Virus record (IMG/VR): IMGVR_UViG_3300010367_000056
Location: 1-64,000 of that record
Source: a virus
Taxonomy: Duplodnaviria; Heunggongvirae; Uroviricota; Caudoviricetes
Length of the DNA: 64,000 bases
Direction: 5' to 3' (one strand)
Position 1 is the first letter of the stretch, and each line of letters opens with the position of its first letter. The translations under genes were made by a program, and so were the position numbers. The notes under the pieces are model-generated. The model saw only the letters and a program-made list of their open reading frames with translations, did no database searches and was not told where the DNA came from. Below, one piece after another: positions 58,278 through 64,000 of this stretch.

Positions 58278-60437
58278 ATGGATTATTCATTAACAACCTT
58301 GTATGTGTTGGGTACTGGGAACTTGGTTCCTGATGGTTTCAAAAGAGAAAACCTGAATCCTACACAATTTGGTATCTTCAACAGCAGATACAAAGCTGTT
58401 ACAACTGCTAATGAGGCTGTGAAGTCTCCTTACATCCAGTTTGGTCAAGGTAGAATTGAAAAAGTACCTGGCTTAACTGATAAGTATTCTGATAAAATCT
58501 CCAGAGGTTCTCTGATTGAGTGGTACAAAACTACTGGCTCTGCTGAATCTAAAAGCCAAATCACTTATGCTGGTTTTGATGGTATTGATAATACTAAAAC
58601 CATAAAAGCTTCCTGTGACGAAGAATATTCGTTGACAATTAGAGCACGTTCTTTGTATATTGATGTTTTGACAGCTTATGGTTTGACAAGAACTGTAACT
58701 GTAAAAACTCCTTGTTGTGAAGATTGTGGTGATAATTGTTCTACAATTGATCCTCGCTGGTTAGCTGAACAGTTTGCTGCTAAGATTAATGCTGAGCCCA
58801 TGCTCTCTAAATTCTTTGTAGCTACTCCAGTATTTGAGTGTGGTACTCCTCCTGATGCTCCTACTGTAGTAAACGTAATTGTTTATTGCTTGAATGTGTG
58901 TGATAATGGTGATGCTGGTTCTCTGGCTGCCGTACAAGCACAATATCCTAATGATGTAGTAGTGAAATCTGATAGAGTAGGTTCTATTTCTACTTATCAA
59001 ATCACCAGACTTTCTACAGATTCAGCTCCTGCTAATGCTCTGGTAACTCTTCCTGTAAGACAGGCTGTATGTTCTGTATGTCCTGCTACTTACACTTTAC
59101 AAGCTGCTGCTAATCAGTATATCATCGAAACTGCTTTAGATGGTTCTGAAGATTTGAATAGTGCTGCTGATCAACAAACTTTTGCTAATACTATAAAAGC
59201 TTTGTATGCAGTTCCTGTAACTTTCAATGGTGCTACTGCTGTAGATCCTACTACTGATCAAATCACCTTGACTGCTCATCCTTATGTAACTGGTGAAGCT
59301 ATTGTTTACTCAAATGGTGGTGGTACTACTATCGTAGGTTTGACTAATGGTGCGACTTATTACATCATAAAAGTGGATGCCAACACTGTAAAATTAGCTA
59401 CATCTAAAGCTAATGCTATTGCAGGTACTGCTGTAGATATTACTGCTGATGGTGTAGGTGCTGCTCATACTTTGACTGTTCAAAGTTCTGCTACTTTCTT
59501 GGAAAATAAAGGTGGTTCTGCTAAAATCTTGATTTCTCTTGATTCTCTGGCTCCTGCTATCACTGTTCCAGTACTAGCTGACATTGTAACTTTCGTAGGT
59601 GATACTGAAGCTCTCTGTGTACCTCCTGCTGGCACTTCTGTAGCTTGGACTTCTTGTGATACTGGTTTTAAAGTTCAAAGAACTCTTCACCTAACTATCA
59701 CTGATGACTGTGCTTCTGATTTGGCTGCTGTTCAAGCTGCTTATCCAAGTAATACTGTTACTTTGGTTGAGTCTGCTAACTGTAACTCTCAATATGCTTT
59801 GGTTCAGACCTCTGATACAATCCAGGAAGATTGTGAATTCCATGTTCCTCCTGTATTTGCTGATGTTCAACCTTATAAAGGTATTGAGTGGGAAATAGTA
59901 CCTGACACTTTAACTGGTGCAGATTGCGTAGCTGGTGTTAAAATTGAAGGTAAAGTACTGGATAAATATGGTAATCCATGTAATCCTCTGTCATGGCCTT
60001 ATGAGTATGACAAACTGACCTTTGAAGTATTTGCTTATAAAGCTCCTGCTACCTCACAAGATTTCAACACTTATGATCGTTGTGATAATATTCCTGTAAC
60101 TACTACTCAGAAATCAACTTTCCCTAAAGGACTTGGTGATGAGATTTATGAACTGGAAAAACAATATCATAGCTATCAGACCACTATGAAGCATATCTAC
60201 TTTAACACTGATTACAATGGTGGTTTTGTAAGATATTCTGATCCTAACACTGTATATGATACTTATGTTCTGAAATTTAAATCTCCTGATTTGAATACTT
60301 GGAGTGAGACTTCAAGACAAGATGAATCAGTAATCATAGCAGTACCAACTGGTACAGGTGTTCAGATCGAAAACTTCTTGATTGGTTACTTTGGTATAGA
60401 GAAGTTTACTGCTGGTGTGTTGAGTCAAAGTCTATAA
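58278..60437 (+). CDS. large structural protein (tail/decoration candidate), Thr/Ala/Val-rich with Cys clusters
   Basis: A 719-aa ORF with CCEDCGDNC and multiple beta-rich repeats. Followed by a terminator. Confidence 0.4.
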   Translation: MDYSLTTLYVLGTGNLVPDGFKRENLNPTQFGIFNSRYKAVTTANEAVKSPYIQFGQGRIEKVPGLTDKYSDKISRGSLIEWYKTTGSAESKSQITYAGFDGIDNTKTIKASCDEEYSLTIRARSLYIDVLTAYGLTRTVTVKTPCCEDCGDNCSTIDPRWLAEQFAAKINAEPMLSKFFVATPVFECGTPPDAPTVVNVIVYCLNVCDNGDAGSLAAVQAQYPNDVVVKSDRVGSISTYQITRLSTDSAPANALVTLPVRQAVCSVCPATYTLQAAANQYIIETALDGSEDLNSAADQQTFANTIKALYAVPVTFNGATAVDPTTDQITLTAHPYVTGEAIVYSNGGGTTIVGLTNGATYYIIKVDANTVKLATSKANAIAGTAVDITADGVGAAHTLTVQSSATFLENKGGSAKILISLDSLAPAITVPVLADIVTFVGDTEALCVPPAGTSVAWTSCDTGFKVQRTLHLTITDDCASDLAAVQAAYPSNTVTLVESANCNSQYALVQTSDTIQEDCEFHVPPVFADVQPYKGIEWEIVPDTLTGADCVAGVKIEGKVLDKYGNPCNPLSWPYEYDKLTFEVFAYKAPATSQDFNTYDRCDNIPVTTTQKSTFPKGLGDEIYELEKQYHSYQTTMKHIYFNTDYNGGFVRYSDPNTVYDTYVLKFKSPDLNTWSETSRQDESVIIAVPTGTGVQIENFLIGYFGIEKFTAGVLSQSL

Positions 60438-60460
60438 TTGGTTTGTTTTGACTATATAAC

Positions 60461-60500
60461 AAGGAGAAGGGAGGATAAGTCCTTTCTCCTTTTTTATTTA
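60461..60500 (+). terminator. intrinsic terminator
   Basis: GGAGAAGGGA-ggataa-GTCCTTTCTCC stem (one G-U pair) followed by TTTTTTATTT. Confidence 0.55.
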
Positions 60501-60511
60501 AAAATACAATA

Positions 60512-61048
60512 ATGGTAAGCAGATTAAACTTTGATATAATTGATACTCATGATTTTAAGACACTTGGTGTCTTGGACACTTCATGGTATAATCCAGATAT
60601 AAAAATAGAAACTCCTATAATTGAAATACTTCCTCCAGGTTATACTGTTGCAGCTTCTCCCTTCTTTATGATTGGTGCTTTAAATGTGTATAATTCTAAT
60701 GGATTAGGAATTACAAAAGCTTCTTGTGAAGAAGAACTTGTACAACTTCCTGATGGTATTTGGAAAGTAAAGTATTCTATATGTCCAAACGACAAGCTAT
60801 TTATAGAGAAATTTTTTCTCAAAACTGATATTATTAGATGTAGATATACAAAAGCTTTTCTTAATTTAGATCTTAATGTATGTGATAACCCTTATAATAT
60901 AGAGAAAAAAAAGAAACTTGAAGAGATTGAATTCTACATTAATGGAGCAGTTGCAGCAGCTAATGATAAAGATGCTAAATTAGCTATAGACTTATATAAT
61001 AAAGCTAATAAACTCTTAGATAGATTTTCTGAAAAATGCTCATGTTAA
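60512..61048 (+). CDS. hypothetical protein
   Basis: ORF. Confidence 0.4.
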   Translation: MVSRLNFDIIDTHDFKTLGVLDTSWYNPDIKIETPIIEILPPGYTVAASPFFMIGALNVYNSNGLGITKASCEEELVQLPDGIWKVKYSICPNDKLFIEKFFLKTDIIRCRYTKAFLNLDLNVCDNPYNIEKKKKLEEIEFYINGAVAAANDKDAKLAIDLYNKANKLLDRFSEKCSC

Positions 61049-61060
61049 AACCAACTCAAT

Positions 61061-61336
61061 ATGGCAAAATGTTCTAAGTGTGGTAAAGAAGTTGGTTGTG
61101 GATGTAATCTTATTACTGGTTCTTGTCATACTTGTTATAATAAACAAGTCTCTCTTACAAGTGTAGGATTAACTGAAACTCAAGCACAAAGTTTGCAATT
61201 GCCAGTAGTTCAAAATCCACCTCCAAATACTGAATTTGATAAGATTCTTAAAACTCAAGGTCTTTCAAAGGAAGAGAAACTTAAAAGAATTAATGATATC
61301 TTAGAAAAAGGAATACAAAATGCTCTTAATCAGTAA
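61061..61336 (+). CDS. zinc-ribbon small protein
   Basis: MAKCSKCGKEVGCGCNLITGSCHTCYN. Confidence 0.4.
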   Translation: MAKCSKCGKEVGCGCNLITGSCHTCYNKQVSLTSVGLTETQAQSLQLPVVQNPPPNTEFDKILKTQGLSKEEKLKRINDILEKGIQNALNQ

Positions 61337-61598
61337 TAAAACTCAAGACATTGATCTTATATCAGATACACTCGATCTTATATGTCAAATAGATACTTTT
61401 CTTTCTCAGGAAACTAAAACTAAACTTGATAGTGATAGATTTGGTACTAGAAAGTGTAAAGTAAATATAGAAGATTCACAGTTATTAGTTAAATATAAGA
61501 AAATCTTAATAGATAAAGTCAACAATTCTTATTGCTTAAGAGATTTCCAACTTGATGATATCATACATCGTATTAAACAATTGTTAAACAGAAATTAA
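61320..61598 (+). CDS. hypothetical small protein
   Basis: ORF. Confidence 0.35.
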   Translation: MLLISNKTQDIDLISDTLDLICQIDTFLSQETKTKLDSDRFGTRKCKVNIEDSQLLVKYKKILIDKVNNSYCLRDFQLDDIIHRIKQLLNRN

Positions 61599-62374
61599 TG
61601 TGTAATCACTGTAAAGACAATTTCATTGTTAAAGCTACTTCTAATGAAATCTCATGGCAGGGCAATCCTGTAACTGAGCTTGATATATGTGTTAATGACT
61701 CTCTCACTTACGTAGAAAATATAGTTCTTAGTAAGATTGTAGATTTACTTAAAGGTAGAGGAATTATACTTCAAGATTTGACAATATCTGATTGTGAATA
61801 TTTAGAAGACTTGTTAGGAGTTCAAGAAAAGAATTTACTTAATATTCTTAAAATATATAAACAAGCAATATGTCAACTCAAAGTAGCTACAGATACTAAT
61901 GCTGCTACTATTGCAAACTTTACTACTGTAGCTAATTATACTTTAGGATGTATAACTCCAACTGATCCTTGTGGAGATCCTTTGACTTTTCAGTCAATGA
62001 TACAAGCTATAATCACAAAACTTTGTGCACTTAATACTCAATTTGCAAGTATAGCATCAACTATTCTTGATGCAATTGAAGAAGGTACAGGTAATATGCT
62101 CATAGGTGGTGCAGTAACAACTGCTGGTCATAATGGTTATATTACCTCTGGTACTGGAGCTACTGCTAAAGTAATATTTGAAGCTGTTGTTCCTCCAAAC
62201 TGTCCTATTCTTTATAGAGGGTCTACTTCCTATTTTGATGTAAATGGTGTCGGATTACCTAATACTCCTTATCAAGGATGGTATATCTGTAATGGAGCCA
62301 ATGGAACTCCAACATCTAGTACATTACCTCAAAATTTGGCTGGAAACTTAATTTATATTATAAGATTCACATAA
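61598..62374 (+). CDS. hypothetical protein (Cys-containing, structural-operon context)
   Basis: ORF. Confidence 0.4.
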   Translation: MCNHCKDNFIVKATSNEISWQGNPVTELDICVNDSLTYVENIVLSKIVDLLKGRGIILQDLTISDCEYLEDLLGVQEKNLLNILKIYKQAICQLKVATDTNAATIANFTTVANYTLGCITPTDPCGDPLTFQSMIQAIITKLCALNTQFASIASTILDAIEEGTGNMLIGGAVTTAGHNGYITSGTGATAKVIFEAVVPPNCPILYRGSTSYFDVNGVGLPNTPYQGWYICNGANGTPTSSTLPQNLAGNLIYIIRFT

Positions 62375-62387
62375 TAAATTTAAATAA

Positions 62388-62753
62388 ATGAATTATTCTA
62401 TCTATTTTCCTAACTCTTGTAGCTGTAATAGCAATCAAGGTATTTATGGAACCAATATGTGGAATGTAAATGGTAATCAACCTGGAAATCAATATTCTTG
62501 TGGTCATCAACAGGCTTGTAACGGATGTATAGACATTATAAAAGATATTTGTACACTCTATCTTGGAGCTAACCTTGTTAATACAGGTATTAATACAAAT
62601 GATGATTTAAGAGTTATTTTCCAGAAATTGGATGCTATTAAAGCAATCCAAGATACTAAGAATACTAATCTTTTAGCAGCTATTAACGATTTAAATACAA
62701 GAGTTAATACTCTAGCTGGTGGTACTCCTCATCCTCCTTATACTTTACTCTAA
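62388..62753 (+). CDS. hypothetical Cys/Asn-rich small protein
   Basis: ORF. Confidence 0.35.
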   Translation: MNYSIYFPNSCSCNSNQGIYGTNMWNVNGNQPGNQYSCGHQQACNGCIDIIKDICTLYLGANLVNTGINTNDDLRVIFQKLDAIKAIQDTKNTNLLAAINDLNTRVNTLAGGTPHPPYTLL

Positions 62754-62763
62754 AATATTATAA

Positions 62764-63090
62764 ATGTCAAGCCCTTGTAATCAACAACCCATGAAGTGGG
62801 TTTCATGCTGTCAAATAGTAGATTGTCTTGATATTAAGTCAAGTGATGGCACTATTGAAGTACTGAAGTCTGATTGTGGGATAGATCTGAAATTTTCAGG
62901 TAATAACCTGGATAAGGTAATAAAATTAAATGATGGAGATTGTGTAAGCTTCATAAAAGAATTTGTTGATGGAGTATTAACATTTACTCCTCAGATAGAT
63001 TTTGAATGTTTAGCTCCAGAGATATGTAATATTTGTGCTCCAACTGTAACTTGTCCAGCTCCCTTATTTTTATCTATAACTAATTTATAA
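62764..63090 (+). CDS. hypothetical Cys-rich small protein
   Basis: ORF with 11 Cys in 108 aa. Confidence 0.35.
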   Translation: MSSPCNQQPMKWVSCCQIVDCLDIKSSDGTIEVLKSDCGIDLKFSGNNLDKVIKLNDGDCVSFIKEFVDGVLTFTPQIDFECLAPEICNICAPTVTCPAPLFLSITNL

Positions 63091-63121
63091 ACTTACTTTG
63101 GTTTATTGGTTTACCAAAGAT

Positions 63122-63160
63122 TCAGCCCTTGTCCAGTCTTGGACTGAGGGCTTTTTTATT
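63122..63160 (+). terminator. intrinsic terminator ending the structural operon
   Basis: Nested stem AGCCCT-t-GTCCA-gtct-TGGAC-tg-AGGGCT followed by TTTTTTATT. Confidence 0.6.
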
Positions 63161-63197
63161 AAAACTAATCAACTTGATTAAAATATCTTTCACACTA

Positions 63198-63229
63198 TTT
63201 GGTAAAATCAATTAAGTTAATTATTTTTG
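63198..63229 (+). promoter_or_regulatory. Bacteroidota-type sigma-A promoter candidate (-33 TTTG / -7 TAnnTTTG)
   Basis: TTTG at 63198-63201, TATTTTTG at 63222-63229, 20-bp spacing, 38 nt upstream of the ATG at 63267. Confidence 0.3.
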
Positions 63230-63266
63230 AGCTTAGAATCTCGAATGTCTAATTAAAAAGATTTTG

Positions 63267-64000
63267 CATGGGTAAAGATAAGGTTCTCAAACAAGAGATG
63301 ATAGAATTCTTAATTGAAAATTACAAGCCAGGAAGAACTTCGTATACTTGGAAACAAATTGGTGAGCAGTTTGGATTTGAAGCAGAACAAGCAAGAAAAA
63401 TATGGCTCAACTACAGAAAGAAAGTGGATTTCACTTCAATGGAAGATGTTCCTCAAGAAACACAACCAGTAGAAAGTATAATTAGTAATTATCAATCAAA
63501 CTGGAGAAGGATAAATGATCTTGATAAGTTAGTTAACAAGAACTACAATGATGATGGCTGCTTAGTATTAAACCTCCCTGATCTTCACTTAGACAAAAGA
63601 GATTTAGAAAATAATACAATAGATGAGAATATAGAAAGATATTTTGCTGTTCTCAAATACTTAGTTGGTAGAGCTTATGCTTCAAGTAAGATAAATCAAA
63701 TTGTGTTTGTAGTAGGAAATGATCTTTTTAATACAGATAATATTTTAGATTCAACAGCTAATGGTACAATACAAAGAGTTAATACAACGTGGGATAAAGC
63801 TTATGAAAAGATTTATGATGCTATGGTTCAAAGCATTGCTTTGCTTAGCAAGTTTTGTAATAATGTCCATGTTGTTCTCATACAAGGAAACCATGACAAG
63901 TCTAAGAGCTACTATATGGCTCATGCTCTTGAGCAATATTTTAGGAACGATCCTAGTATTACTTTTGACAGGGAAAACAAAATCAATAAAATTGTAACTT
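63267..64000 (+). CDS. calcineurin-like metallophosphoesterase (partial; runs off the window end)
   Basis: ATG at 63267, open to the end of the window (MGKDKVLKQEMIEF...). Motifs VFVVGNDLF and VVLIQGNHDK (GNHD). Absent from the ORF track because it is incomplete. Confidence 0.5.

Noticed and set aside
63751-63997. Small ORFs 63751..63936 (-) and 63761..63997 (+)
   Set aside because: They overlap the longer open frame starting at 63267, which carries metallophosphoesterase motifs and runs to the window end.

Overview
This window is a contiguous stretch of an AT-rich (roughly 30% GC) tailed dsDNA phage genome, densely coded, with two divergently transcribed arms that meet at about 44.6-44.8 kb. 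The left arm (1-44.6 kb) is almost entirely on the minus strand. It begins with an RNA-repair pair, a P-loop polynucleotide-kinase-like protein next to an Rnl2-type RNA ligase. A replication and recombination module follows: dUTPase, a FEN/5'-3' exonuclease, an Hjc-like resolvase, a vWA protein paired with a MoxR AAA+ ATPase, a DnaG-like primase, an SSB with a DDLPF tail, a Sak4-like ATPase, an SF2 helicase, a DnaB-like helicase and a family-A DNA polymerase. After that comes an accessory island containing a nucleotidyltransferase-fold protein, P-loop ATPases and an SPFH/NfeD-like membrane pair. Between about 25 and 34 kb there is an RNA-gene island with at least six clean tRNAs (Arg-TCT, Asn, Gln, Trp, Cys and a probable Arg-TCG), three tRNA-like genes with aberrant anticodon loops or an insertion, and a candidate tmRNA of about 424 nt with a tag reading frame ending in LALA. 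Between 33 and 41 kb lies a cluster of small secreted, lipo- and membrane proteins that includes a paralogous pair. The right arm (44.8-64 kb) is on the plus strand. It carries small early genes and a winged-helix regulator, then the packaging and structural genes (probable TerS, TerL, a large portal, a scaffold-like acidic protein, the major capsid protein and further virion proteins), and ends with a partial metallophosphoesterase. Intrinsic terminators follow the dut, SSB, SPFH, tRNA, capsid and structural genes. Several minus-strand terminators share a CCCAGG...CCCAGG design whose hairpin only forms, through G-U pairs, in the minus-sense RNA. One Bacteroidota-style promoter (TTTG, 20 bp, TAnnTTTG) sits at 63.2 kb, and the secreted proteins begin with MKK- signal peptides, which points loosely towards a Bacteroidota host. 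No CRISPR array, integrase or reverse transcriptase was seen. The most unusual content is the translation-oriented RNA toolkit (tmRNA, non-canonical tRNAs, RNA ligase plus kinase, and a possible nucleotidyltransferase), together with a heptapeptide N-terminus (MFKIKLK) that recurs on at least ten otherwise unrelated small proteins.
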